The notes beneath the pieces are model-generated. The model was not told where the DNA came from. It saw nothing but the letters and a program-made list of their open reading frames with translations, and did no database searches. The position numbers and the translations under genes are program-made. Below, one piece after another: positions 1 to 9,840 of a stretch of 64,000 bases of DNA. Source of the DNA: Candidatus Poriferihabitaceae bacterium (GTDB taxonomy: Bacteria; Pseudomonadota; Gammaproteobacteria; Arenicellales; Poriferihabitantaceae); assembly GCA_965237995.1 (NCBI GenBank), contig CBDEGO010000003.1:305925-369924 (forward strand), read 5' to 3'. How positions within the stretch are numbered: the first letter of the stretch is position 1; the number at the start of each line of letters is the position of its first letter.

Positions 1-2
1 AA

Positions 3-245
3 ACCCCTGGTGAAGATGAAGGCGAGCCTGAAACGGGTGGAGGCGGTAGTATTGAAGCAGAGTATACCTATCCAAATGGTTTGGGTAGCTACGGACCTGG
101 GACAGTTGTGTTAGGTACTGATGGCAGTATCTACGAGTGCCGGCCTTTTCCATATTCAGGCTGGTGCAACAGCTGGGGTTTGTATTACGCACCAGGCACT
201 GGAATTGCGTGGGCAGATGCGTGGATAAAACCAGCTAAGCCCTAA
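3..245 (+). CDS. 3' fragment of a gene for a secreted carbohydrate-binding protein (CBM5/12-like chitin/cellulose-binding module); 5' end lies outside the window
   Basis: Frame 3 is open from the window edge to TAA at 243-245. Translation ...TPGEDEGEPETGGGGSIEAEYTYPNGLGSYGPGTVVLGTDGSIYECRPFPYSGWCNSWGLYYAPGTGIAWADAWIKPAKP shows a Gly/Glu/Pro linker, then the spaced aromatic/Cys pattern of small chitin-binding modules. A clean terminator follows. It is missing from the ORF track because it has no start codon in the window. Confidence 0.5.
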   Translation, partial: TPGEDEGEPETGGGGSIEAEYTYPNGLGSYGPGTVVLGTDGSIYECRPFPYSGWCNSWGLYYAPGTGIAWADAWIKPAKP

Positions 246-267
246 AAACCATATAGGCACATAGATA

Positions 268-298
268 GAGTCAGGCGGAAACGCTTGGCTCTTTTTTT
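268..298 (+). terminator. Rho-independent terminator of the chitin-binding-module gene
   Basis: GAGTCAGGCG-GAAA-CGCTTGGCTC forms a 10-bp stem (two G-U pairs) with a GAAA loop, followed directly by TTTTTTT. It starts about 20 nt after the stop codon. Confidence 0.7.
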
Positions 299-494
299 GT
301 AACTCGGTTTCACGATACGCTGTTTGCATTTGCATCAAATTGAAGTTCATCACAATAAATTTCACACTAACTTGTATAGTATTAGTTTGGCAAAAAACTG
401 ACAGTACCAAGTTAAAATATATACGCCTGAATAAACATAATCAATCGTATCCAATTTCATTGGTTTTCCCAAAGAAAGCGTAAAATAACGCCAT

Positions 495-1193
495 TTATTT
501 CCCTATAGAAACTATACCTATTGATGCCGTTAAATCTTTGAATTCTCTAGGCACACTATTAATCTGAATCGAAACCTTACTCATTTTCGACTCGACGCTG
601 AAAAAACCCGTATAATCCATACTTAATGTCGGTCCATAGATAGGGGAGGCCTTCACAGATTGCATATTTAGATTATATGGTGAAAGCACTTTTTCGTCGA
701 AGGGATAAACTTTCCCCCCAGATGCTCCCGTACCTTTTTTAAATCGCATTATCCATTCACTTTTCGCTGAAGGAAGAACATCCTTCGCTTCAGCCATTCT
801 TAAAAAATGATGATTTATACCTCCGAATAAATTCAGCAATACTTCGTCCTGTTCCCCATATATTTTCAACTCTACATTAGCCGAAAGTTCGTGGAACAAT
901 ATAGGGGTTGGGCTTGTTATATTAAGTCGCGCTGTAGCATAATTGTTCGACTTCATTCCAACAATATCGTACTCTTTCGAAATACCTTCGGCAAAATTAA
1001 ACTCATCTAGAGTCAAGATGTAACTTCTAAGTGGCCACAACCCGTTTTTTTCAAGTACTCCTTCACCTTTGTAGCTAAAACCATAAGCCAATAATACGGC
1101 AATAAGAACACCTACCCCTATTTTTACGGATAAGCCTTTTATTTTGCTCTTATGTGGTCGGTTCATTATTGCGCGTACAAACAATAAATACAC
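495..1193 (-). CDS. Hypothetical membrane-anchored protein, no recognisable domain
   Basis: 232-codon ORF, visibly more AT-rich than its neighbours. It has a basic N-terminus plus one hydrophobic helix (GVGVLIAVLLAYGF) and no motif I recognise. The track start is GTG at 1193; the ATG at 1166 (MNRPHKSK...) is an equally plausible start. No clear Shine-Dalgarno for either. Confidence 0.5.
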   Translation of the reverse strand: MYLLFVRAIMNRPHKSKIKGLSVKIGVGVLIAVLLAYGFSYKGEGVLEKNGLWPLRSYILTLDEFNFAEGISKEYDIVGMKSNNYATARLNITSPTPILFHELSANVELKIYGEQDEVLLNLFGGINHHFLRMAEAKDVLPSAKSEWIMRFKKGTGASGGKVYPFDEKVLSPYNLNMQSVKASPIYGPTLSMDYTGFFSVESKMSKVSIQINSVPREFKDLTASIGIVSIGK

Positions 1194-1441
1194 TTCAAGA
1201 CAACTTCTATCGCTGTTATGTTTACCATGATTAAATTGCGCTGCGTATTGCTCAACAATGCAACTATCGAGTTATTACTCATCAAAAATAAATAGGGTCA
1301 GACTCGATTGATAATAGCACTTTGATACTTCTTAGATTTTCTATCACTCTCTTTCGCTTTAGGAGCAACGGTTCGGTCATTCTTAGTGGCAATCTGGATA
1401 ATTCGAGGGAGATCAGATCTCATTATTCAAACACCAAGGCA

Positions 1442-2953
1442 TTAAACAGCACGATCAAAACTTCGAAATTGAATCGCTTGCATAACATGGTTCTTTTCAA
1501 TGTTTGCTGAACTAGACAAGTCGGCAATCGTGCGGGACAGTTTTAAAATACGATGGTAACTCCGAGCACTCAAACCCAAGCGCTCAATTGCAGAGTTTAA
1601 AAGCTGATTTGAATCAGCATCTAATTGACAAAAGCGTTCTATCTGCTTGTTTGACAGGGATGAATTTAAGCAATCTTGACGATTTAATTGAACCGCTCTG
1701 GCCGACAACACATCCGATCTTACCGTTGCTGTTGAAGGTTCTAACTCGGCTGGCGCGCTCAGTATTTCTTGCGGCACTCTAGGCACTTCAATGTGAATAT
1801 CTATGCGGTCTAATAGCGGGCCAGATAGTTTGGACCTATATTGCTGAATCTGCGCGGGAGTGCAATTACACCGCGTTGGATTAGCGCTGTCTCCGTAATA
1901 GCCGTCCTTACAAGGGTTCATAGCCGCAATTAACAAAAACTTGGCAGGAAACACATTCCTATAGGCTGCTCTAGCAATCGACACTTCACCCGACTCCATT
2001 GGTTCGCGCATGGTTTCAAGTACTTTTCTATCAAATTCCGTGAGCTCGTCTAAAAACAAAATGCCGTTATGGGCTAACGATATTTCACCGGGTTGCGCTT
2101 TTGCACCACCGCCTACTATTGCAGCAGCGGAAGCACTATGATGTGGCGACCTATAAGGTCTATCGCGCCATGTATTTATATTAAGCCCGTCTTGGCTTAA
2201 AGAATTGAGAGCTGCACTCTGCAAGGCTTGGTGTTCAGTAAGTGGCGGTAGTAGCCCTGCAAACCGGCTTGCTAGCATTGTTTTGCCGGTACCCGGCGGG
2301 CCATAGAGCAAAATATTGTGCTCTCCTGCTGCAGCGACTTTCAGTGCATGTTTCGCAAACTGTTGGCCCTTTATGTCACTTAGGTCTTTATTGCCCTCAT
2401 GTTGCGGCGTGTATGGCGCCGGCTCAGTCAGTGTAATCGGTTTTAAACCGTGCAAGTGCGAAACCAAGTCTAGCAAATGGTCTATGCCGATAACCTCGAC
2501 ATTAGGTGCTAACACAGCTTCCGCGGCGTTTTGCTGCGGCACTATCAGTTGCACAGTTTGGTCGACTAAAGCGAGCGCGGCGATTAATATGCCCTTAATT
2601 TGTCTAACGCTGCCGCTTAGGGCCAGTTCACCTAAGAACACTTTATCTCTAGTTCTAATGGCATCGATCTGACCCGAAGCAACCAGAATACCAACTGCGA
2701 TGGCTAAGTCGTAACGCCCTCCCTCTTTCGGCAAATCAGCCGGGGCCAAATTGACTGTTATTTTCTTACGGGGAAATTCAAATTTTGAATTGATTATGGC
2801 GCTACGCACTCTATCCTTACTTTCTCTAACCGCTGCTTCAGGAAGCCCCACGATAGAAAATGCAGGCAACCCACCTGTTAAGTGCACTTCTACACTGACT
2901 TCCGGTGCTGTGATGCCCCGCTCAGCCAGACTCTTGATTATTGCTAACGACAT
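1442..2953 (-). CDS. comM: YifB/ComM family Mg-chelatase-like AAA+ ATPase
   Basis: N-terminal Lon-protease-like fold (LPAFSIVGLPEAAVRESKDRV), Walker A GPPGTGKT, ChlI-like core, ~500 aa. Confidence 0.93.
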   Translation of the reverse strand: MSLAIIKSLAERGITAPEVSVEVHLTGGLPAFSIVGLPEAAVRESKDRVRSAIINSKFEFPRKKITVNLAPADLPKEGGRYDLAIAVGILVASGQIDAIRTRDKVFLGELALSGSVRQIKGILIAALALVDQTVQLIVPQQNAAEAVLAPNVEVIGIDHLLDLVSHLHGLKPITLTEPAPYTPQHEGNKDLSDIKGQQFAKHALKVAAAGEHNILLYGPPGTGKTMLASRFAGLLPPLTEHQALQSAALNSLSQDGLNINTWRDRPYRSPHHSASAAAIVGGGAKAQPGEISLAHNGILFLDELTEFDRKVLETMREPMESGEVSIARAAYRNVFPAKFLLIAAMNPCKDGYYGDSANPTRCNCTPAQIQQYRSKLSGPLLDRIDIHIEVPRVPQEILSAPAELEPSTATVRSDVLSARAVQLNRQDCLNSSLSNKQIERFCQLDADSNQLLNSAIERLGLSARSYHRILKLSRTIADLSSSANIEKNHVMQAIQFRSFDRAV

Positions 2954-2992
2954 ATCCTTTCGCCTTAGTCCTTTAAAAAGAAGCGTTGTTTT

Positions 2993-3217
2993 TTAGGAAG
3001 ATTCTTTTAGCTCTGATAGCGATGACTCTAACTCTTCTAGTTTTTGCCGTGTTTTTTGTAGTACTTTTTGTTGAACATCAAACTCGGTTCGAGAGACCAA
3101 ATTCATTTGTTCAAATTGCGATTGAACCATCTCATTGATGTCTGCTTTTATCTCCTCTGACAAGCCTTGAGGAAACAAAGAAAAAATTGCCTCAGATAGT
3201 TTATTTCGGTTCATCAT
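2993..3217 (-). CDS. ubiK: UbiK/YqiC family ubiquinone-biosynthesis accessory (coiled-coil) protein
   Basis: 74 aa. LVSRTEFDVQQKVLQKTRQKLEELESSLSELK matches the conserved YqiC/BMFP core (LVSREEFDVQ...LEQR..ELE). Confidence 0.75.
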   Translation of the reverse strand: MMNRNKLSEAIFSLFPQGLSEEIKADINEMVQSQFEQMNLVSRTEFDVQQKVLQKTRQKLEELESSLSELKESS

Positions 3218-3223
3218 ACAATG

Positions 3224-4498
3224 CTAATTAACCAACTCAACAACCGCTACCGAGCGTAGGTCATTGAGTAAATCATCCAATTCAGCATTAATCTTTTCCG
3301 CAAATATTAATTGCCTTGCTTTAGCTTCAACCGGACTTTCCTTAAGTTGAGACGTTCTTTTTTGCAATACTTCAATTAAATGCACACCAAAGCGGCTTTG
3401 TACCGCTTGGCTGATGGTATTTAGCGGCAATTGAGTTACTGCGTTAGCAAACCCCGGCACTAAGGTTTCCAGCCGCACCCAGCCAAGAGCGCCTCCATTA
3501 ACCGCTGACCCTTTATCATCAGATTCCTGTCTGGCAATTTCAGCAAAGTCTCCCGACGCAAGAATTTGAGTACGAATGCGATTGATATCAGAAACTGCCG
3601 CACTTGGGTCTTGCCCTGACTCCACCCTTTTTAGTATATGCCGAATGCTATATTCAGCGACGGATAGATTATCACCGCGCTTTTTCGACAACTTTAAAAT
3701 ATGCAAACCGTTAGCACTTTCTAGCACTGGTGATATTTCGTTTTCTTCAAGACTATCTAAGGCCCAAACAAATAATTCAGGTAACTCGCTGGTCGTTTTC
3801 CAGCCAAGATAACCATCCTTAGCACTAGACGAAATAAGCTCGCTTTGACTTATCACCTCCTCAAATGATGCACCCTGCAATAAACTAACACGAGCTTGTT
3901 TAGCCACTGCCAATGCAGCTGCCCGCTCCAACTTGTCATCATTGTCTTTAACGGCGACCGCCATGTGGTGCAGCTCATATTCCGACTGTATTTGCGCTTT
4001 TAATTCTGGCTTATTATTGATGTACTCCCGCACTTCAGTATCAGACACACTAATTCGTGAAGACAGCGGTTGACTCACTACGTTTTGAATTAACAATCGG
4101 TTACGTAATGAAGCTTGGAATACATCAACATCAATGCCATCCTTACGTAAATTCTCAATCAGCTTTGCAGGCGATAGACGGTTTTGCGACGCTAATGAAG
4201 ACACCGCTGATTGAAGCTGTTGCGGCGTCACTTGCTGTGTGGGTGCTATCTGTCCAATATGACTAAGCAACAAAGCATCGTTCACGATGGCTTCTGTGAC
4301 TGGGTCATCTAATTGTGGGCGCGTACTCCCAGACACGCCATTGAGGCCTTGCAAGCGCGCTAATGAGGTAAATTCATTGGCAGTGATAGCCTGATCATTA
4401 ACGATAAGAACGACTTCATCGATGTCTTGCGCGATGACCGCTACCGCACTAAATAGGGCAGCAATCACTATCAAGCCATAGCAAACACTATTTTTCAT
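3224..4498 (-). CDS. surA: Periplasmic chaperone / peptidyl-prolyl isomerase SurA
   Basis: Signal peptide, SurA N-domain and two parvulin-like PPIase regions. Sits immediately downstream of lptD, the conserved lptD-surA arrangement. Confidence 0.9.
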   Translation of the reverse strand: MKNSVCYGLIVIAALFSAVAVIAQDIDEVVLIVNDQAITANEFTSLARLQGLNGVSGSTRPQLDDPVTEAIVNDALLLSHIGQIAPTQQVTPQQLQSAVSSLASQNRLSPAKLIENLRKDGIDVDVFQASLRNRLLIQNVVSQPLSSRISVSDTEVREYINNKPELKAQIQSEYELHHMAVAVKDNDDKLERAAALAVAKQARVSLLQGASFEEVISQSELISSSAKDGYLGWKTTSELPELFVWALDSLEENEISPVLESANGLHILKLSKKRGDNLSVAEYSIRHILKRVESGQDPSAAVSDINRIRTQILASGDFAEIARQESDDKGSAVNGGALGWVRLETLVPGFANAVTQLPLNTISQAVQSRFGVHLIEVLQKRTSQLKESPVEAKARQLIFAEKINAELDDLLNDLRSVAVVELVN

Positions 4499-4541
4499 TA
4501 ACGTAAACCAGCTTAAATACAGCGATATAGCGGGTTAGATA

Positions 4542-6869
4542 TTATTGCCCTGTTGTTTGAATCGAGCCTAAGCCATCAAGTTCAAAGGTCGCTAAGATCG
4601 AATCTCTATACTCTCCATTACCTTGGTATAGTCGATTAGCCGTTAAGCCAATCGCCCAACAACAACTATCATACACAAGCTTAAACGATGACGAGCGAGA
4701 TTCAGAGTCTTCTAGAGAGTAGCGCTGTTCATACCCCAATTGAAGGTGCGGTGATAGCGGCCAATCAAGACCGATGCGCACATCTTCGGCAGTGTCCTTC
4801 GTTAGGAAGTAATCGATAGAAACCTCACGTCTTGGCCCATTTTCGTACTCTAGCCCTAGATTAAAATTTTGGGCCTCGCCTTCAGATGGGTCATACCGCA
4901 AAAAACTGGTTATATTGAAATTTTCAGCCAGTGTCGCATTAACTTCAGCGAAAATATCAGACTTAGATTCAGTCAGACTTGAGTCGTTATCATTGTTACT
5001 TAGACTTATGGTGCGGTCGTCTAGATAATAGAGTTGACCAATACTCGCACGCACCTTTTCTTCGCCTGATTCATCATCAATGATACGAGTAGTTACGCCC
5101 ACAGCGATGTGATTGTCATCACCAATACGGTCACCACCGAAAAAGCGATCATCACGGAATAAATAATTAAAACTACTAATAGATCCAGCACCCGTGTCAA
5201 AATTAGGGAACGCACTTTGGTTTTCATCGCCGACATTCACGTACATTATCCGTGGCTCAAGCGTGTGTAGGTAATCTGTCCCAGCATAATTTACGTCACG
5301 CTCAAAGAACAAGCCAGAATCAATAACCACTTTAGGCACAGTAACTGATGGGCTATCTTCGCCAGTACTATTTTCTAAGCTATAACTTAAATGCTTAACA
5401 GACAACTTCGGCTTAACAAAGCCGTAAATAGGCTCATAAGGCATTGAGATATAGGGTTCCACATTGAGTCTTGAACCTGCTATTCGCGTAGCATCGTCGT
5501 GGTCAAATTGCACTAACTCGGAGTTCAGTCCAAGCTCGAAAACACTGGCTTCCCAAGGTAGTACTTCAAAACCAATCTGTGGAAGTCGATCATAGGGCTT
5601 AGACGAGGCAAACGCGTCATTGACGGTCTGATATTTAGACGCCAGTATGCTAGCTTGTATTCTATCATTACTATAATTAACTCGCCCATTTTGAGCCAAA
5701 TGCGTAACGCTAGTAATTTCTATATCATTACGAAAATCGTTCAAATATTCGTTATCTGAAACATCTTGTAAATCAATTACACTACTCCAGCCATTAGAAT
5801 AATTTTGCTGGTAATCTAATCCAATGGCATAGCGGTCTTCACCATTGAAGGCATCATCGCCTGGCAAGTATTCACCTTTAAGTATGCCGCTGCCGTTTTC
5901 ATTCATATGACGAAATTCACCATATAATTGCAGACCACGTTCTGTCATGTAGGTACCACGCAAAGTGGCATCGTAATTAGGCGCAAGATTAAAATAGTAA
6001 GGAATACTCAGTATCTCACCAGAATCGTCATCAGATCCGACACTAGGCACTAAAACACCCGATTTACGTTCGTCGTTGATTGGGAAAGATAATCTCGGTG
6101 CATATAAAATTGGCACCCCTTTGAACTTAACGCTAACATGCTTGGCATAACCTACACCGGAAGCATGATCGAGCTCAACTTCTTTGCCTGTTATCAATAC
6201 GTCTTCGTTGCCTTCAGGGCAACGAGTCAACCTGGCATTAGTTAGACGTTGAAAATCTTTACCCTCAATATCAATCGCATCAGCATAAACTCGCGTTTCT
6301 ACCACCGGCCGTTCATCAATCTCTTCCTCTTCTTGCTCACCACGATTAAAGAATGGTGCAAAAAATGAAAAGTCTTCAAAAAATTGTTTTACCTTGCGTT
6401 TAACAACACTATCACGCTTAGCAATACGCATTTCACCCGGACCGGTCTCGCCAATAAAAGTATCGACCTCTAACCGCATAGACTCCGTTCTTACTTCATC
6501 ACCATTTACTGTGTAATAACGCACATCACCCGTTGCCGTTGCCTCATACTGGTCGGCGTCGTAGATTATTTGATTTGCAAAAACACCGCGTTTGCCTTGT
6601 ACAATTTGCGAATTGCCGTTGAGTACCATTTTACTACTGCCTTCGGTATCCATTTGGTCGCCTTCAATAATGGTCTCTTGTTCTTCAACTGAGCCATCGG
6701 GGGCGTCTACGAGCATTTGCGGCAAATCAACCCGAGGGCTAGGACAGACTGTTTCGTCTGCAAATCCAATTTCTTCATCTTCCTCAGCGGCTAAGAGCGC
6801 GCTCGAAAAAAAACTGGATACAATTAAAAGGCTGATCTGAAGAGGCTTGTTCATCGAAATATAAGGCAC
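4542..6869 (-). CDS. lptD: LPS-assembly outer-membrane protein LptD
   Basis: 775 aa. Signal peptide (LLIVSSFFSSALLAAEE), N-terminal OstA-like region, large beta-barrel with aromatic-rich strands. Synteny with surA. Confidence 0.92.
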   Translation of the reverse strand: MPYISMNKPLQISLLIVSSFFSSALLAAEEDEEIGFADETVCPSPRVDLPQMLVDAPDGSVEEQETIIEGDQMDTEGSSKMVLNGNSQIVQGKRGVFANQIIYDADQYEATATGDVRYYTVNGDEVRTESMRLEVDTFIGETGPGEMRIAKRDSVVKRKVKQFFEDFSFFAPFFNRGEQEEEEIDERPVVETRVYADAIDIEGKDFQRLTNARLTRCPEGNEDVLITGKEVELDHASGVGYAKHVSVKFKGVPILYAPRLSFPINDERKSGVLVPSVGSDDDSGEILSIPYYFNLAPNYDATLRGTYMTERGLQLYGEFRHMNENGSGILKGEYLPGDDAFNGEDRYAIGLDYQQNYSNGWSSVIDLQDVSDNEYLNDFRNDIEITSVTHLAQNGRVNYSNDRIQASILASKYQTVNDAFASSKPYDRLPQIGFEVLPWEASVFELGLNSELVQFDHDDATRIAGSRLNVEPYISMPYEPIYGFVKPKLSVKHLSYSLENSTGEDSPSVTVPKVVIDSGLFFERDVNYAGTDYLHTLEPRIMYVNVGDENQSAFPNFDTGAGSISSFNYLFRDDRFFGGDRIGDDNHIAVGVTTRIIDDESGEEKVRASIGQLYYLDDRTISLSNNDNDSSLTESKSDIFAEVNATLAENFNITSFLRYDPSEGEAQNFNLGLEYENGPRREVSIDYFLTKDTAEDVRIGLDWPLSPHLQLGYEQRYSLEDSESRSSSFKLVYDSCCWAIGLTANRLYQGNGEYRDSILATFELDGLGSIQTTGQ

Positions 6870-6926
6870 GCTGAATTCTCTATTTTATCTAGTTAAGGGC
6901 TAAATCGTCAGTGACGACGCTTAGGT

Positions 6927-6935
6927 TGATATAAT
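6927..6935 (+). promoter_or_regulatory. Candidate extended -10 promoter element for murU
   Basis: TGATATAAT (TGnTATAAT consensus) 114 nt upstream of the murU ATG. The -35 is weak. Sequence-only prediction. Confidence 0.3.
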
Positions 6936-7048
6936 ATCGCGAATCGCCCTTTAAAGCGATGGAAACTACAGCTAATTCGTTGTTTTTTTATGTTAAACAC
7001 CATCCTTACAAATTGAATGCACATTCTGCAACTAACCATTCTTAACAT

Positions 7049-7774
7049 ATGGATGCAATGATCTTGGCCGCCGGACGCGGCGCGCGCCTAAGGCCCTTAA
7101 CCGACAAAACGCCTAAACCATTAATTAATATCGTAGGGTTAGCTTTAATTGAGTTACATCTTTTACGCTTGCGTCAATGCGGAGTGGACAAGGTTATTAT
7201 TAATCTTGCCCACTTAGGCGAGCAGATTGAAAAAAAACTAGGTGACGGGAAACGATATGGCCTTGATATAGTTTACTCCCCAGAAACACAGGCGCTAGAA
7301 ACCGCAGGCGGTATCGCTAAAGCGCTACCTCTGATTACTAGCGATCCATTCATTGTGGTTAACGCAGATATTATTAGTGACTTCGACTTTAGCCTATTCA
7401 TGACGACTAGTTTACCAACGTCTGCTATGGCGACACTGGTGATGGTAGCTAACCCACCACAACACTTAGCGGGTGATTTTCACTTTAAAAAGGGGCGGTT
7501 ACAAGCTGAACAAGATACCGACAGCAAAACGTTAACATTTAGCGGGATTGCACTCTACCGCAAAATTAATTTTGCCGCGCTAGCGATAGAAAAAGCACCT
7601 TTAGCACCGCTTTTGAATGAACTAATTGCGGCTGGGCAAGTTGATGCCATTGAAGCAACGGGGCTATGGCAGGATATCGGAACGATCGACCGACTAGAAA
7701 ACGCTCGTAATAGCAGGCAAGTTCAAGAGTATATCTCTTCCTTAAGGCGCTCACATAAATTGTCTGCAACCTGA
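7049..7774 (+). CDS. murU: N-acetylmuramate alpha-1-phosphate uridylyltransferase-like nucleotidyltransferase (MurU)
   Basis: MILAAGRGARLRPLTDKTPKPL nucleotidyl-transferase signature. Divergent from lptD, as murU is in pseudomonads. A ~20-aa C-terminal extension overlaps lipB. Confidence 0.78.
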   Translation: MDAMILAAGRGARLRPLTDKTPKPLINIVGLALIELHLLRLRQCGVDKVIINLAHLGEQIEKKLGDGKRYGLDIVYSPETQALETAGGIAKALPLITSDPFIVVNADIISDFDFSLFMTTSLPTSAMATLVMVANPPQHLAGDFHFKKGRLQAEQDTDSKTLTFSGIALYRKINFAALAIEKAPLAPLLNELIAAGQVDAIEATGLWQDIGTIDRLENARNSRQVQEYISSLRRSHKLSAT

Positions 7775-8340
7775 AACAAAGCCACAGATACACCGCATTG
7801 CGCAAGGCTGGTTACTTGCAAGGCTGCATAGCCACACGGGTTAATTTCATTAAACGCGGAAACATCCATATCTACATTTAGGCTCAAGCCGTGATAGCAC
7901 ATTCCTTTTCGTATACGCAAACCCAGCGCTGCAATTTTTTTATCAGCAACATAAACACCCGGCGCGCCTTTAGATCGTTCGCCCACTAAATCATAGTGCA
8001 ACAGCTGATTAATAATAGCTTGTTCAATACTGGCTACTAATCGCTTCGGGCCAATCCCAATACGTTTTATATCTAACAGACAGTAGATTATCAACTGACC
8101 AGGGCCATGATAAGTAATCTGTCCACCACGATCAGACTTAACAATAGGGATATGATCAGGGTTATTACGAGGCACTTCGGTACAGCTTACGCCTTGCGTA
8201 TAGACAGGTGGGTGTTCTAACACCCAAAACTGATCTACCGTGTCAGCTTGTCGCCCCGCATTAAACGCAAGCATGTTTTGATAACTCTGTTGATAGGCAA
8301 CCGTCCCTAATTGCTTAACGACAACATCTGTTTGACTCAA
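7723..8340 (-). CDS. lipB: Octanoyltransferase LipB
   Basis: WVLEHPPVYTQG, RGGQITYHGPGQLIIY and KIAALGLRI motifs. ybeD-lipB synteny. Confidence 0.93.
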   Translation of the reverse strand: MSQTDVVVKQLGTVAYQQSYQNMLAFNAGRQADTVDQFWVLEHPPVYTQGVSCTEVPRNNPDHIPIVKSDRGGQITYHGPGQLIIYCLLDIKRIGIGPKRLVASIEQAIINQLLHYDLVGERSKGAPGVYVADKKIAALGLRIRKGMCYHGLSLNVDMDVSAFNEINPCGYAALQVTSLAQCGVSVALFQVADNLCERLKEEIYS

Positions 8341-8624
8341 ATCACCATCAACACGTTAGGGTGCGCCGATAAGGCGCGAAACAGTTGGTCCATTTGCTCT
8401 CTATTTTGGGCATTCACGCCAGCACTCGCTGAACGATATTTACCGGCGCTGCTTTGTTTACATTGCCATCGTTCTAGCCATCGCTCGTCAATATGTTCCA
8501 TGACTAATTGCTTCACTAATTGTTCGTCATCATCATTATTTAGAAAGAATATTTTAACTTCTATATAACAAGGAAACTCTAAGACATTTAAATCAACTGA
8601 ATTACTACTGTCGTCGGTCATCAA
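8337..8624 (-). CDS. ybeD: YbeD/DUF493 family protein
   Basis: 95 aa. EFPC...SSAGKYRS...MVI pattern as in E. coli YbeD. Canonical dacA-ybeD-lipB position; 4-nt overlaps on both sides. Confidence 0.85.
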   Translation of the reverse strand: MMTDDSSNSVDLNVLEFPCYIEVKIFFLNNDDDEQLVKQLVMEHIDERWLERWQCKQSSAGKYRSASAGVNAQNREQMDQLFRALSAHPNVLMVI

Positions 8625-9808
8625 TTAAACCGATATCTGATGGTGTCAACGAGCTGGGTCCAAAGTGATCCGGTGGGGTAATCAACCAGTGGATATAAAT
8701 CGACTGTACCTAGTTGTAGCGCATTAAACGTCAACTTAGCGGAACCTAAGGCTTGGTCTGCCGAAAGAGGCGCAGCCATTTTGTTAGGCAATTGATACGC
8801 CACCTTTAGCTCTTGACGCCGACCTTTTGGAAGTAACACTGAAACTGTTTTGTCACTACCTATTTGAGCAAGTTGTTGTTCTGCTTTAAACAATGGTATT
8901 TCCTTCACAGGTTGACCGTCAATAAACACTTGTGCAGACTCATACTTGGCAAAGCCAAACTCAACTAACGAATGAACCGCCTGCACTCGTGTCTTTTTAC
9001 TTTCAGAACCCATTACAGCCGCGATAAAGCGAGTGCCCTCTCGTTCCGCCGAACCGACCAGGCAATAACCTGCTGCTTTGGTATAACCCGTTTTAAGCCC
9101 ATCATAACTATCGTGCCGCCAAAGTAGTCTGTTTCGATTCGGCTGATCAATATTGTTGTAACTGTGGCTTTTCACAGAAAATAAGTGATAAAACCCTGGG
9201 TATTGCCGAATTATCGCGCGCGATAACAAGGCAGTATCAAAAGCGGATGTATAGTGTCCATCCTCGGGCAACCCACTGCTATTCTTATAATAAGTTGATT
9301 CCATCCCTAATTGGGCAGCCTTTTCATTCATCATCACCGCAAAGCCTTCCTCACTGCCGCCGATATGCTCTGCCAACGCCACTGCCGCATCGTTACCTGA
9401 TTGAATGATTAGGCCTTTTAATAGCTCGCCAATTGACACTTGACTGTCAACTTTAGCAAACATGCGAGAACCCGGCGCTTTCCAAGCCTTGGTGCTGATA
9501 GTTGCTAAATCATTGCCAGCATATTGGCCCTTATCTAGCAATTCGAACACAATATAAGCGGTCATCAACTTAGTTAAGCTAGCTGGCTCCACTCGCTTTT
9601 GGGCATCTTGAGACGCTAGCAACCAACCTGTATTCGCCTCCATTAACACCCATGAGTCTCCGTTTGGCTCAGGTGGCGTACCCGCTGCACGCAACTCTTG
9701 CGGAATCATCACGGGCGCAGCCCTAAGCGCAGGGTAGGCTAACGCAACATAAGCAGTCACAAGCAAGACTGCACCATGCGCAAGACAAGCTAAGCGACTA
9801 AGCATCAA
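8621..9808 (-). CDS. dacA: D-alanyl-D-alanine carboxypeptidase (PBP5/6 class)
   Basis: Signal peptide plus SLTK (SxxK), SGN and KTG motifs. C-terminal PBP5 domain. Confidence 0.9.
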   Translation of the reverse strand: MMLSRLACLAHGAVLLVTAYVALAYPALRAAPVMIPQELRAAGTPPEPNGDSWVLMEANTGWLLASQDAQKRVEPASLTKLMTAYIVFELLDKGQYAGNDLATISTKAWKAPGSRMFAKVDSQVSIGELLKGLIIQSGNDAAVALAEHIGGSEEGFAVMMNEKAAQLGMESTYYKNSSGLPEDGHYTSAFDTALLSRAIIRQYPGFYHLFSVKSHSYNNIDQPNRNRLLWRHDSYDGLKTGYTKAAGYCLVGSAEREGTRFIAAVMGSESKKTRVQAVHSLVEFGFAKYESAQVFIDGQPVKEIPLFKAEQQLAQIGSDKTVSVLLPKGRRQELKVAYQLPNKMAAPLSADQALGSAKLTFNALQLGTVDLYPLVDYPTGSLWTQLVDTIRYRFN

Positions 9809-9840
9809 TTAGTTGTCTCTTATACTTGTGTATAGATAGA

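Noticed and set aside
156-410. 84-aa minus-strand ORF from the track
   Set aside because: It overlaps the 3' end of the plus-strand chitin-binding-module gene and its terminator. It has low-complexity translation and no start context, and is most likely a shadow ORF.
2242-2996. Several plus-strand ORFs (64-118 aa) antisense to comM
   Set aside because: They lie entirely within a high-confidence conserved gene on the other strand. Their translations are Cys/Ser/Ala-rich nonsense typical of antisense frames.
6924-6937. 14-nt identity AGGTTGATATAATA shared between the murU upstream region and the minus strand at 23842-23855
   Set aside because: A single shared 14-mer is expected by chance in 64 kb read on both strands. 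Both copies are simply good extended -10 elements, and flanking sequence does not match.
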